NCBI GenBank assembly: GCA_049423385.1
Contig: JBMSQQ010000050.1
Coordinates: 1-25,929 of the forward strand
Origin: Silvanigrellaceae bacterium
GTDB lineage: Bacteria; Bdellovibrionota_B; Oligoflexia; Silvanigrellales; Silvanigrellaceae
DNA length: 25,929 bases
Reading direction: 5' to 3'
Under the pieces are notes generated by a model. The model had not been told where the DNA came from and ran no database searches. It saw nothing but the letters and a program-made list of their open reading frames with translations. Below, piece by piece: positions 1-9,346 of the stretch; the stretch's first letter is position 1; every line of letters begins with the position of its first letter. The translations under genes and the position numbers were made by a program.

Positions 1-1
1 C

Positions 2-100
2 GCCATCAACGATGCTGTCTCGGGCTTCAATGCTGCGACGGACGCTGTGATTGAAATCACGGGCTACACGGGAATTTTGTCGATGTTGAGTATCTGGTGA
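2..100 (+). CDS. Partial CDS (C-terminus), bluetail-domain-like putative surface protein
   Basis: Not in the ORF track. My translation from position 2 is AINDAVSGFNAATDAVIEITGYTGILSMLSIW*, with TGA at 98-100. This resembles the remembered C-terminal consensus of bluetail domains (..AlND..aGF.a..Da.IEITG.sG.L..l.i*). Confidence 0.7.
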   Translation, partial: AINDAVSGFNAATDAVIEITGYTGILSMLSIW

Positions 101-204
101 GAGAATGGGGCGTGTGAAAAAAGAACTCTGACAAGAGAGCATCCGTCAGATGACTTTCGTCCATTCGAGTTTCTACTATCGCCCTGTCGATGAGGCCGTA
201 CCTT

Positions 205-1770
205 TTAAACCGAAGGCTCTCGACACTCAAAAAACCACGCGTGTGAACGCCCGGCAATTTCCGGGAAGTCCATGGGTGGCCGTAGCCTCTGGACCTTTCT
301 GAACACACGCAACAAGCCTTTCTCAAACGCAGCACGCTCTTGCGCCTGACAATTGGTTGAAAACCAACAGACACCGTCCGCTTTGAGAATACGGGCACAG
401 GATTCGGAAAGTTCAATCCATTCCTTGCCTACGTGAAATGCTCCGCCTTCGCGGGTCGAGGAAAAGGTTGGCGGATCACACACAATAATGTCCCAGCCCT
501 GATCTGTTCCCTCAGCCTTTTTTTCGACCTGCTTTTGCAACCAGACGCGCGCATCACGCTCGACAAATTTACCTGTGCGCGCCTCGACCAGTGCATTCAA
601 TTCAAAATTCTTTTTGCCAATCGCCAGGGTGCTGCCCGCAGAATCCACATTCATCACAACTTCGCAGCCAGCTTTGCTGGCCACGATTCCAAATGCACAT
701 GTGTAGGAAAACAAATTGGCAATTCTTTTTCCGCTCGCGACCAATTGCAAACGCCGCCGGTTGTCGCGGTGGTCAAGAAAAAGTCCCACATGCTGCCGCG
801 CTGTAAGCGTGACCCACGCTTTCCATTCGTGTTCTTCAACCTCAAAAAGTTCGGGCGGTTCGATGCCCACACACAAACGTTCCTGAATGAGACCCTGTTT
901 GTGGGGGTTCTTGCTGATTCTGCGAAAAACGATCCCCACCAGACCAAAATTTCTTTGCAAGCTCAGAAAGAAATCTTGAAGTTCGCCTTGAATCACCTCA
1001 AACGACGCTTCATCGTAGACCCACACGAGCAGATGTTTTCCGTAAACATCAATCGACAAGTCAAGCCGCGACAATTCTCCGCGCTGAACGGCCCGCCAGG
1101 CAGAGGTGATAGAAGACATCCAGTTGCCACGTCTTTCGAGCGCCACCATGCCTTCGACGTGGCTCGCTCCAAGGGCATGAGAGTCGGCTGAAAACGAATG
1201 AGGCAATGGTGCACGCAGAGTCGAAGCAATTCCGGGCCATTTCAGTTCAAAACAATGCAGTGCAATCCGCGCAGCCGGTTTGCCTCCGTATTCTGTGTCA
1301 CCCCACAACGGGCAGCCGGAGTGTGCTGCATGCCTGCGGATTTGATGAGTGCGACCTCGCGCAATTAGTGCGCGATAGCGAAACAGATTTTCAGCAATTT
1401 GAGTATCGAAAAAAAACTCGGTGCGGGCCGACTTGTCGTCGAGTGGTTGAGTACAAATCCAGGATTGTCCATGGTTGGTGCGAACATCTTTGTCGGAAAG
1501 AAAATAATAAGTTTTCTCAGAGAGCTCACCCACATGAATCCGCTCGGCCTCGGAGCTTGCGGCCGAAGTCTTTGCAAACAGCAAAACACCAGTTGTCCCC
1601 TTGTCGAGGCGCGAACAAACAAACAATTGTTTACCATGGTGCAGGGCAAGCCATTCTTGAACCCCAACATCGCCAGGGTCACCGCCGTGGGTCGCAATTC
1701 CGTAGGGTTTGTTTACGATCAGCCAGTGCTCATCTTCGTGAAGAATCACTGAACCCGGGGCCATATTCAC
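205..1770 (-). CDS. Fusion of RluA-family pseudouridine synthase and class I SAM-dependent rRNA methyltransferase (RlmI/RlmK-like)
   Basis: N-half: VNKPYG, SRLDKGTTGVLLFAK (catalytic Asp), GRTHQIRRH, PLWGDTEYG, ALHC. C-half: GLFLDHRDNR, NLFSYTCAFG, DIIVCDPPTF. The GTG start overlaps the stop of the upstream HAD gene (GTGA); alternative ATG at 1764. Confidence 0.9.
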   Translation of the reverse strand: MNMAPGSVILHEDEHWLIVNKPYGIATHGGDPGDVGVQEWLALHHGKQLFVCSRLDKGTTGVLLFAKTSAASSEAERIHVGELSEKTYYFLSDKDVRTNHGQSWICTQPLDDKSARTEFFFDTQIAENLFRYRALIARGRTHQIRRHAAHSGCPLWGDTEYGGKPAARIALHCFELKWPGIASTLRAPLPHSFSADSHALGASHVEGMVALERRGNWMSSITSAWRAVQRGELSRLDLSIDVYGKHLLVWVYDEASFEVIQGELQDFFLSLQRNFGLVGIVFRRISKNPHKQGLIQERLCVGIEPPELFEVEEHEWKAWVTLTARQHVGLFLDHRDNRRRLQLVASGKRIANLFSYTCAFGIVASKAGCEVVMNVDSAGSTLAIGKKNFELNALVEARTGKFVERDARVWLQKQVEKKAEGTDQGWDIIVCDPPTFSSTREGGAFHVGKEWIELSESCARILKADGVCWFSTNCQAQERAAFEKGLLRVFRKVQRLRPPMDFPEIAGRSHAWFFECREPSV

Positions 1771-2579
1771 AAGGCTCCGCCTCTGATATTCATAAGGATG
1801 TTGACGATTTCAACAAGCCCACTTCCCTCGGGCTGGGTGCTGACAATCGACGGATAATGGCTCATCACTTCGCGGTATTTCACGACGTTGGCAACACCTG
1901 CTGAATGAGGAAACTTGCTCACTGCAAACAGTGGTGCATCGTTTGGACTGTCGCCAATGGTCAGGGTCGTGGTTGCAGGCCCGGTTTTGATTCCCCATTT
2001 TTGCAAAAGCCACTCGAGCGCAGTCCCCTTTTCTTGTCCCTGCGGCATGATGTGGGCATGGATCGTCGACCAAGCAAAAGCCAGTCCACTGGACTCCACC
2101 TGATTTTTCATTGCCGACAATGCTACGGCCGAAAGCCCCTTCGAATGAAAAGTAAAATCGCTCAGTCGAAAAACATTGTCACCCGTGATCATGAGTCCCG
2201 GGTTGTTCTCCAAAAGCTTTGCGAACATTTTTGCCAACGGTTCGCGGGTCTTGTTTGAGGCTGCCTCTTCATAGTGTCCGTTGGTGGGGTTCCGCACGAG
2301 AGGAGCCGCCTCTGGCCCCAAAAACACCACTCCACCGTTTTCTGCAATGGCAGCATCCACCGGAAGGTAAGAGGCCAAAGCCTGGGCCCAACCGGAGGGC
2401 CTTCCGGTGACCAGACACAGCTTCAGTCCTTGGGCACGGAGTGCATGCAAGGCCGATATGACTTCTGTCGTCAGCAGGCCATGAGTGGTGAGGGTTCCAT
2501 CAATGTCCATGGCAATCACTTCAATGCTCGCCCAACTCTCGTAGTTCGAGCCGCTTGACCTGGAAAAAACCTCAGTCAT
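1767..2579 (-). CDS. HAD-superfamily hydrolase, subfamily IIB
   Basis: Motif I DIDGTLT, motif II VTGRPSGW, IAENGG, motif III EKG, motif IV IGDSPND. Confidence 0.9.
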   Translation of the reverse strand: MTEVFSRSSGSNYESWASIEVIAMDIDGTLTTHGLLTTEVISALHALRAQGLKLCLVTGRPSGWAQALASYLPVDAAIAENGGVVFLGPEAAPLVRNPTNGHYEEAASNKTREPLAKMFAKLLENNPGLMITGDNVFRLSDFTFHSKGLSAVALSAMKNQVESSGLAFAWSTIHAHIMPQGQEKGTALEWLLQKWGIKTGPATTTLTIGDSPNDAPLFAVSKFPHSAGVANVVKYREVMSHYPSIVSTQPEGSGLVEIVNILMNIRGGAL

Positions 2580-2729
2580 TTCAGAACTTCCTCACAGTTT
2601 TTGAGTTCAATTCAAATACTCGTTGACTTCGCTTGTATGACTGCCTACCTGTGACTGGCCGGTCGGCTAGTCGAAATGTCGGCAACCTGCTGGCTGTTCA
2701 ACCCTACTTGGTTGTTTTGGGGAACCGCA

Positions 2730-4568
2730 ATGACGAAGACCTTTTTTGCCAAAATTTCTCTTCTTGCCTGTCTTCCTGCTGCAACAACCCTGGCGGTTGC
2801 CTGCCAAGGGAGCGACAGGTCGCAAGCAAAAGTTCAGTTTGTGAAGACTTCGACCACCACGGCAAGGCTGGAGAATCGTGACCTCGCCGACAAATTCATG
2901 TTCGGCTTGAACGTTATCGAGACCAAGGGATTTTTCAGTACAGCATTGAACCTCAACTTCCGTCCGGTCGAGGCAGACCTTGTACTGGCAGCGAATGAAG
3001 CTGGCAAAAATCAACTCGTTGTCTCGATGCCGGGAAGAGATGGCCGTCGGGAAAAACTCCTCAGTTTCGACGTCGCTGAAATTTCCAATGGTCAATTTGA
3101 AGTCGATTTCAACACCGCGGGCAACGATCTGTCCCTTTGGAATGACTACGGCGGGATGATCGTCGATACAGACGCAGGCGTGAAATCGGGCGCATGGCGC
3201 ACCACCGCACAGCCACGTGTGGTGCAGGTTGTTCAAGACCCAGACACCGTGATCGTGGACATCATTCACAGCGTTGCTTTCTCTCTCGCCAAAAACGCAG
3301 ACGACACCAGCAAGGAACGGAACGGGGAAGTCAAGGTCAGGTTGTTCCTCAAACGCCAGAGCAAAAAGCCGGATGTCTTCGGCCGCACCGTCCAATCCGC
3401 ACTCGCACAGAACATCGGTTATTTCGGCTCTTCACGTATGGCCGCCGGCGACAACACGCTGCCAATCGCCCATTATAAAATCGATGTAAATTCTCGCAAA
3501 GCAGCTCAGCAAATCGTTTATCTCAAGGATTTTCCTGAAGACTATTTGCCGGTCGCCAAACAGGCAGTTGAAAGCTGGAACATAGTTTTCGGATTTGACG
3601 CCTTCAAAACAACGGTCGCAAGTTCGGACATCGATCTCGGTGACCCTCGTTACAATGTCATCAAGTGGATCGATGGTCTGGATGAAGAAGTGCCCTGGGC
3701 CGGCTATGCACCGACGATGGTGAATCCACGCACCGGCGAAGTATTGTCGACGCAAATTCTCATCAACGGAAGCACGACCCGAAAGAGCTTCTCAGGAATC
3801 TACAAGTATACTTCCGAGGCCGCGCCACAATTTTCAAAACTCACGGGTAAAATCGGCAACGTGCCGCTGGTGGAAGGCACTGGCGAAAATCCGGTCGTGT
3901 CGTTCTTCGCAGACACCAAGTCCAAATCGGAAGAAGAGTACGTGAAGGGATATTACCTGAGTGTGATCATGCACGAGTTCGGACACTCGCTTGGCCTGCG
4001 CCACAACTTTGCCGGATCCACTGTCATTGATTCCAATGGAGTCTCGAGCTCGGTCATGGATTACGAACCGGGCTTTGTATCCAACATCCGCCAGGTGCCT
4101 GGATCCTATGATCACGCTGCAATCCGCTGGGGCTACTTTGGAGAAACTCCATCGTCGAAGCAGACATTTTGTACCGACGAAGACATGGCGAAGCGCTATG
4201 ATTGCAACCAGGGCGACGTGGGCAAGCCACAAGACTTTGTTGTCACAGGACTCATCCAGGGAACATCTGTTCTGGAAAACCTGATCGTTCCGTTGCCAGA
4301 CATGGTCAAAAAGCCAATGAAGAGCATAATGAAGACTGCGGTGAAAATCATTGAGCTTGCGAATCAATTGCCGGAATCGGAGCGGGCACAGGCCATTGCC
4401 GAAATCGAAAGAGCGCTCGCGCGGGTCAAGAATGCCCAACCGGCTTCGAACCTGAGCGCTGCAGAAAAGGCTATTGTCGAGGCCAATCTTGGCAAACTGT
4501 CAGCATCGTATGCAGATGCAACAGCACCCAAGAACCCGACACCGTTGGCATTCAACCCCGGCTTGTAA
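2730..4568 (+). CDS. Zinc-dependent metalloprotease lipoprotein (metzincin, DUF4953/EcxA-like)
   Basis: HEFGHSLGLRHNF zinc motif, Met-turn SSVMDY, GSYDHAAIRWGY, DLGDPRYNVIKW, VNPRTGEVL. The start is moved from 2676 to ATG 2730, which gives a signal peptide with lipobox LAVAC. Confidence 0.88.
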   Translation: MTKTFFAKISLLACLPAATTLAVACQGSDRSQAKVQFVKTSTTTARLENRDLADKFMFGLNVIETKGFFSTALNLNFRPVEADLVLAANEAGKNQLVVSMPGRDGRREKLLSFDVAEISNGQFEVDFNTAGNDLSLWNDYGGMIVDTDAGVKSGAWRTTAQPRVVQVVQDPDTVIVDIIHSVAFSLAKNADDTSKERNGEVKVRLFLKRQSKKPDVFGRTVQSALAQNIGYFGSSRMAAGDNTLPIAHYKIDVNSRKAAQQIVYLKDFPEDYLPVAKQAVESWNIVFGFDAFKTTVASSDIDLGDPRYNVIKWIDGLDEEVPWAGYAPTMVNPRTGEVLSTQILINGSTTRKSFSGIYKYTSEAAPQFSKLTGKIGNVPLVEGTGENPVVSFFADTKSKSEEEYVKGYYLSVIMHEFGHSLGLRHNFAGSTVIDSNGVSSSVMDYEPGFVSNIRQVPGSYDHAAIRWGYFGETPSSKQTFCTDEDMAKRYDCNQGDVGKPQDFVVTGLIQGTSVLENLIVPLPDMVKKPMKSIMKTAVKIIELANQLPESERAQAIAEIERALARVKNAQPASNLSAAEKAIVEANLGKLSASYADATAPKNPTPLAFNPGL

Positions 4569-5313
4569 GAGCTTCACGGAATTCGAAATCCACAACGAGC
4601 GGAACATGGTCGGACAATTGAGTCCACGGTGTTCCGCTCAAGCATTTGACTCCACGGTATTCCAGTCCACGTGAATAGACCCGATCAAGTGGAAGGATCG
4701 GAAATGCACTCGGAAAAGATCTCGCATGGTTTCCGTGCATCCATTTGTGGGCCTCGGTGACACCGCATCCTGACTCCAACTCTGTTGACAATTGACCACG
4801 CCAGTCATTGAAATCGCCCGCAATCACCAATGGTGTGTGATGCGGAACCGCCTGCTCGATTCGGTCAATCAGCCGCGACACCTGCGTCCTTCTGCCCCGC
4901 TCATGCAAATCAAAGTGAAGGCAAATGAAATGAACCGGCGGACGCTCGGGCGACACCAGAACCACCACATGCAGAAGCGACCTTTTCTGAAAGAAGACAT
5001 TCGAAACATCGATATTGTTGGAATAAATAATAGGAAAACGGCTGAGTACCGCATTGCCGTGATGGCCATCCCAGCCATCCCATGTCCGGCCGTACACTTT
5101 GTATTCATAATGCCCATCGGCCAAAAAAATGTGTTGTTCAGTTGAAGGCCAGTCTGGTATCAGCCGCGCCTTGCGCCGATGCTCTCCTTGAACTTCCTGC
5201 AACAGGACAACGTCTGCATCGATATTCCGCAGTGCGGAGCGCATGTCCGACAACACGAATTGTCGATTGGCAATCGAGAACCCCTTGTGAATGTTGTAGG
5301 TGACAATCCGCAT
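4552..5313 (-). CDS. Endonuclease/exonuclease/phosphatase family protein (YbhP-like)
   Basis: TYNIHKG, LLQEVQG, HGNAVLSRFP, AGDFNDW, LDRVY, SDHVPL motifs; adjacent to a clsB-like gene. Confidence 0.92.
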   Translation of the reverse strand: MRIVTYNIHKGFSIANRQFVLSDMRSALRNIDADVVLLQEVQGEHRRKARLIPDWPSTEQHIFLADGHYEYKVYGRTWDGWDGHHGNAVLSRFPIIYSNNIDVSNVFFQKRSLLHVVVLVSPERPPVHFICLHFDLHERGRRTQVSRLIDRIEQAVPHHTPLVIAGDFNDWRGQLSTELESGCGVTEAHKWMHGNHARSFPSAFPILPLDRVYSRGLEYRGVKCLSGTPWTQLSDHVPLVVDFEFREALTSRG

Positions 5314-5324
5314 CCTCGGCCTCT

Positions 5325-6557
5325 TTAGAGCATATGTCGAAAGTAAAGCAAAATTCCAACCAACAGCCGTTGAACAAAAGGCTGACCCGCCAAACTCAGT
5401 TTATCGACTTGATGGGAATTTAAAAAGTCGCGGGCAAAACTCTGTTCGAGTGAGCCCAAAACCCGATCATCCGAAAGAATCACATCCAGCTCATAATCAT
5501 GAAGAAGACTGCGATGATTGAGATTGGAAGAACCAATCCAGCATTTTTCGTCCAGCAACATCGCTTTGGCGTGCAAAACACGGGGAGTAAATTCATAAAC
5601 CTTGACACCGAACTTGATGAGCGTCTCGTAAAAGGCCCTGGAAATCCAAGGCATAAAATGAACATCGGAAATCCTGGGCAGCAGGATTCGAACATCGACA
5701 CCACGCTTGGCCGCAGCCATCAAGCCGCGCAACAGAGCCCCACTTGGAACAAAATATGCATTGGCGATCCAAATGCGCTTCTGCGCATTGCGAATGGCTC
5801 GCAAGCGCTGCTGAAAGGATGCGTGTCGCATCGATCTACCATCGTTGCGAACAATCCATTCGCTGGAACTCTTGCCGACAAAGCGACTCAAGGTCAGCAA
5901 CGGGCTCAGGATGCCGTGTTTGCCTGCCCGCCAGGATTTTCCCCAGGCCTTCAGAAACATCCTCTCCAGAAGCTGACACAACTCCCCTTCAACCCGCACT
6001 CCCAAATCATGCCAAGCATGCTCACCCATGACCTCTGCAAGGTGCACTTCAGCAACATTCAGACTGCCAACAAATGCAATGTGGCCATCCACAAGGACCA
6101 TTTTTCGGTGATTGCGACTGTTCGCATAAGAAAAAATTCGCAACAAAGATGGCAGGCCAAATCCTCGAGTCATCGAAATTGAAGGAATAATCTGCCAAGG
6201 CAAAGGATGATGCACACGAATCTCGAGGCCCTGTTCCCGCAAGGGGCGCAACATGCTGCCGATTAGATTTGCAGACCCGACACCGTCGATCAGGATTTTG
6301 ATTTCAACGCCACGTGCTTGCGCAGCAAACAGGGAACCCATCAGTTTGCGTCCCAAAGAGTCATACTCAAAGATATAAGATTCCAAATACACTCTGTGCT
6401 TTGCGGTATCGATGGCCTCAATTACCTTTGCAAAGTAGGAATCTCCATCAATCAACAACTCCTCAGCTTCCCAGCCTCCCTTGGATTTGAACATCTGCGG
6501 CGGCTGGTTGCGCGCGACCGAAAGGCTCACATGCTCCTCCGATTCAATCTTCTCCAT
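5325..6557 (-). CDS. clsB: Cardiolipin synthase / phospholipase D family (ClsB-like)
   Basis: Two HKD motifs (NHRKMVLVDG, LHAKAMLLDE), plus LESYIF, DGVGS, WHDL, NAYFVP and GSSNL. No N-terminal TM segments, as in ClsB. The start is uncertain: the ORF is open to 6632, and ATG 6557 was chosen to minimise overlap. Confidence 0.85.
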   Translation of the reverse strand: MEKIESEEHVSLSVARNQPPQMFKSKGGWEAEELLIDGDSYFAKVIEAIDTAKHRVYLESYIFEYDSLGRKLMGSLFAAQARGVEIKILIDGVGSANLIGSMLRPLREQGLEIRVHHPLPWQIIPSISMTRGFGLPSLLRIFSYANSRNHRKMVLVDGHIAFVGSLNVAEVHLAEVMGEHAWHDLGVRVEGELCQLLERMFLKAWGKSWRAGKHGILSPLLTLSRFVGKSSSEWIVRNDGRSMRHASFQQRLRAIRNAQKRIWIANAYFVPSGALLRGLMAAAKRGVDVRILLPRISDVHFMPWISRAFYETLIKFGVKVYEFTPRVLHAKAMLLDEKCWIGSSNLNHRSLLHDYELDVILSDDRVLGSLEQSFARDFLNSHQVDKLSLAGQPFVQRLLVGILLYFRHML

Positions 6558-7056
6558 CCAACTCAATCTGCTTGAGCCAACGAATTTTTTGACTGCAGGC
6601 TTCGAACAATTCAGGCTCTGCACTGAGAACAACCCGGAGGGCTTTCAGGGAAGCAACAATATCAGCAATGAAGAACAACATCGCAACAATCAAAGAACAC
6701 AAACTCAAAAGAAAGAATGTTTGTGCAACTTTGTCGAGCGCAGTCCCGTAAACAAGATTGAAGAAGAGACTGAAAATGGTCACGGCGACGAAAAAAATAC
6801 TCACTGCGACTGCAACAATTTCAGTACGAATCAGTCTCGCCCGACGATAGAGAATAACAATTTCAGTGACAATTGCATTTGCCGCCCGCTTGTCGTGTTC
6901 GCGGGTCCGGTAGTCACGCATCAACAATCGGATGCGATCAGACGTTCGACCATAGCGATTTGTCATTGCACCCAACAACAGGCCCGCACCTGAAATCACG
7001 GTGACCGGCGCGAGCGATGCCTGCAAGATACCAATAAGAGTGGGTTCACCGACCAT
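6544..7056 (-). CDS. DUF2721-like membrane protein
   Basis: LAPVTVISGAGLLLGAMTNRYGRTSDRIR, then LYRRARLIR followed by two hydrophobic helices; pattern typical of DUF2721. Confidence 0.8.
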   Translation of the reverse strand: MVGEPTLIGILQASLAPVTVISGAGLLLGAMTNRYGRTSDRIRLLMRDYRTREHDKRAANAIVTEIVILYRRARLIRTEIVAVAVSIFFVAVTIFSLFFNLVYGTALDKVAQTFFLLSLCSLIVAMLFFIADIVASLKALRVVLSAEPELFEACSQKIRWLKQIELDGED

Positions 7057-7077
7057 ATCGCAAATCTCCCGTAGACT

Positions 7078-7686
7078 TCACGAAACACTTTGGATGGCCA
7101 GTCCGACCAATCCAGCAAAAAAAGCCAGATTTCCAATCAAGCTCAAATACGCAAGCAGAATGAAAATTCCATTTGCTTCTATCATTGCCAGGCAACTGAA
7201 AAGCACTCCCCATGCAGGCACCGAGTTGCTGAATGGAATAGGCAAGGGCAAAGCCAACAACAACGAAAGAAACACAACATGACTCGCGAGAGCCCGGGGA
7301 TGCGACAAGACTCGCCCCACGATTCCCAAATTTAGATGAGGAATCCTTGCAAGTCTTTCCAGCATCGTCTCTGCGTAACCAAGTATCTTTTGAAAGGTTT
7401 CAACCTTGATTTCACGCATGCGAACACGGTGCGGAAGTGCCTTGTGACCTTTGCCCGCGATGGTGAGAACGCCAAAAAAAGCCATCGCAAGCCCCAAAGG
7501 CGTACTCAATCCGGGCAACGGCACGGGTTGTAAAAAAGGAACACAAAACAGCACTCCGCTGAACGCAAACTCCATTGGTTCCAGCAGCACAAACAACTCA
7601 CCCACAGTATGATGCTCGCGTGCAGTGTCGGACTCCTTGGTCACTGCCGCGCGGATGGCGCGAATCCTCTGAAGGGTCAGGTTCAT
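7078..7686 (-). CDS. exoD: ExoD-family exopolysaccharide synthesis membrane protein
   Basis: PFLQPVPLPGLSTPLG and LLALPLPIPFSNSVPA signatures, with a hydrophobic C-terminus. Confidence 0.85.
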   Translation of the reverse strand: MNLTLQRIRAIRAAVTKESDTAREHHTVGELFVLLEPMEFAFSGVLFCVPFLQPVPLPGLSTPLGLAMAFFGVLTIAGKGHKALPHRVRMREIKVETFQKILGYAETMLERLARIPHLNLGIVGRVLSHPRALASHVVFLSLLLALPLPIPFSNSVPAWGVLFSCLAMIEANGIFILLAYLSLIGNLAFFAGLVGLAIQSVS

Positions 7687-7761
7687 TTTGCATCCTGCTC
7701 ACAAACGGCTACTATTCCGAAGCTCGAGTCTGACAGAATTTTACCGGAAAGGAAATCCTGG

Positions 7762-9210
7762 GTGATTTCAGCAAAAAAACATCGACGCGTTGGCCTGGAA
7801 CTCTCAATTTTCAAGTGGGTTGTGTGTCTGCAGTTGTTGGTCTTGCCCCGCCTGGCAAATGCCGATCGAGCCTTCGGAAAAATTGCAGACACAGTTGTTC
7901 CTACCCTCGGATACACAGTGGACGCAAAACAAAACCGACAACTCATTTTCATGAATAATCCAGAATTTCTTTTATTTGGACGTGATGAATGCGATCTTGC
8001 AGATGAGATGCCGCGTTGGCGAAGAATGACTTGCGCACGGAGCTTGTTCAAAATCGATACTTTAAACAAAGGTCGATACAGGGCTTGGTGGGAACATCGA
8101 AACATGATGCCCTTTGCGGTGCACTCGGGTGTTCTTGTTACAAACAACAGTCACGAAGAAGCGCATATCGTTGTCGAAAACGATGCCATCGAAACCAACA
8201 GCCTCAAGAATGGCGGCAACGAATTTGTGCAGATTTTCAACTCAAATGCGCACAATTCAGAGTTCGAACTTGCACCCGGAGAGAAAAGATTCCTGGGCAC
8301 CACAACCAACAAGACTATCAGATCCGGCAATTTTTTTGCGGGTGTTGTCGACTTTGAAATCAAATCCGGCAGCGTGACTTTCGAAGAAGTTGTCTTCAAG
8401 GATCAACCGGCAGGCAATCTTTCTCATATTGGTTATTCAAGCAGAACCATGTTCAAGGTTCATGAAAGCCTTGTTTACAAGGGAGTCTCGCAAGTTTCCG
8501 CGATGAGGCTCGATGGTGCTGAATTCGCGATCGATGACAACTCTCTCGAGGGTCCACTGCCCTTGGCATACAAACAGGCAGAGGTCGTGCCTCTGGCTCA
8601 ACTGGATTCAACGTGCCGACCCGACCGAGTTCCTGCCTGCTCAGGCGCTGCTTTGAAGATGAGACAAGATCCCGTGCGGGATACTGCCTGGGTCACCCAC
8701 ATTGCGCCCGATCCCGAGGATGCCAATCCCAAACGAAAACGCGCAATACTCTCGGACCTGGTGGAACTGGTTCTTCCCGGCAGCACATCCGGTTGTCTGT
8801 CCCTCTGGCCACAGTCAAATCCCGCATGCATGGTGATGTCGCACAATCATTTTTGGTACCTGCACGATTTCAAGAAGTGGCGGTTGCCAAATTGGGGAAA
8901 TTGGGGAGTCGTATATTCTCATCCCATCAAGATAAAAAACAACGGATTCAAAAACCGTTTCGTGAAGGTATACATCACGGCCGATGGAGCTTCGCCTTTG
9001 GCGTTTCGAGGAACGGGCATGGGAAATCAGTGGCAACAGATTTTTCTCGATCCTAAAGCCAGTTCAAACAACCCTGCGAGCGCGCTTGTCGCAAGGTCAC
9101 ATGTCCTTGCCCTTGGCGAAACTGAACTGAAAGTGGAATTCGTTTTGAGCGGGCCCGGCGCCGGAACCCTCGAGCACAGAGTGGAATTGATGGATTCTGA
9201 GGATGATTGA
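7762..9210 (+). CDS. Secreted hypothetical protein, possibly DUF3370-like
   Basis: Long ORF. GTG at 7762 follows AAAGGAAA and gives a signal-like N-terminus ending ..PRLANA|D; the track start at 7609 would overlap exoD. LIFMNNPE, WWEHRN and GNWGVVY recall the NSPE and GNYGVxY motifs of DUF3370-type proteins. Confidence 0.6.
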   Translation: MISAKKHRRVGLELSIFKWVVCLQLLVLPRLANADRAFGKIADTVVPTLGYTVDAKQNRQLIFMNNPEFLLFGRDECDLADEMPRWRRMTCARSLFKIDTLNKGRYRAWWEHRNMMPFAVHSGVLVTNNSHEEAHIVVENDAIETNSLKNGGNEFVQIFNSNAHNSEFELAPGEKRFLGTTTNKTIRSGNFFAGVVDFEIKSGSVTFEEVVFKDQPAGNLSHIGYSSRTMFKVHESLVYKGVSQVSAMRLDGAEFAIDDNSLEGPLPLAYKQAEVVPLAQLDSTCRPDRVPACSGAALKMRQDPVRDTAWVTHIAPDPEDANPKRKRAILSDLVELVLPGSTSGCLSLWPQSNPACMVMSHNHFWYLHDFKKWRLPNWGNWGVVYSHPIKIKNNGFKNRFVKVYITADGASPLAFRGTGMGNQWQQIFLDPKASSNNPASALVARSHVLALGETELKVEFVLSGPGAGTLEHRVELMDSEDD

Positions 9211-9277
9211 GCCATTCGCGAAGACCTGCAGCCCTGCCCCATTCCATATAAGATCTCAAGTTGTTACAGACACTTGA

Positions 9278-9286
9278 TGATATAAT
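9278..9286 (+). promoter_or_regulatory. Extended -10 sigma70-type promoter element (TGaTATAAT)
   Basis: Perfect TGnTATAAT in an AT-rich intergenic region about 60 nt upstream of ATG 9347. No good -35 at canonical spacing. Confidence 0.55.
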
Positions 9287-9346
9287 CGTCATCATCGTTA
9301 AATTTTCATGAATTCTTCCGAACTCCCATTGGGAGCGGGGGAATGA

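Noticed and set aside
128..150. TCTGAC...GTCAGA inverted repeat between convergent genes
   Set aside because: Short stem with a long loop; could contribute to termination but is too weak to call.
433..1904. Long plus-strand ORFs 433-1191 and 1206-1904
   Set aside because: Antisense shadows of the RluA-methyltransferase gene with no recognisable motifs.
2667..4439. Minus-strand ORFs 2667-3395 and 3834-4439
   Set aside because: Antisense to the well-supported metalloprotease; no motifs.
5499..6993. Plus-strand ORFs 5499-6182 and 6481-6993
   Set aside because: Antisense to clsB and DUF2721; their composition mirrors the real genes' codons.
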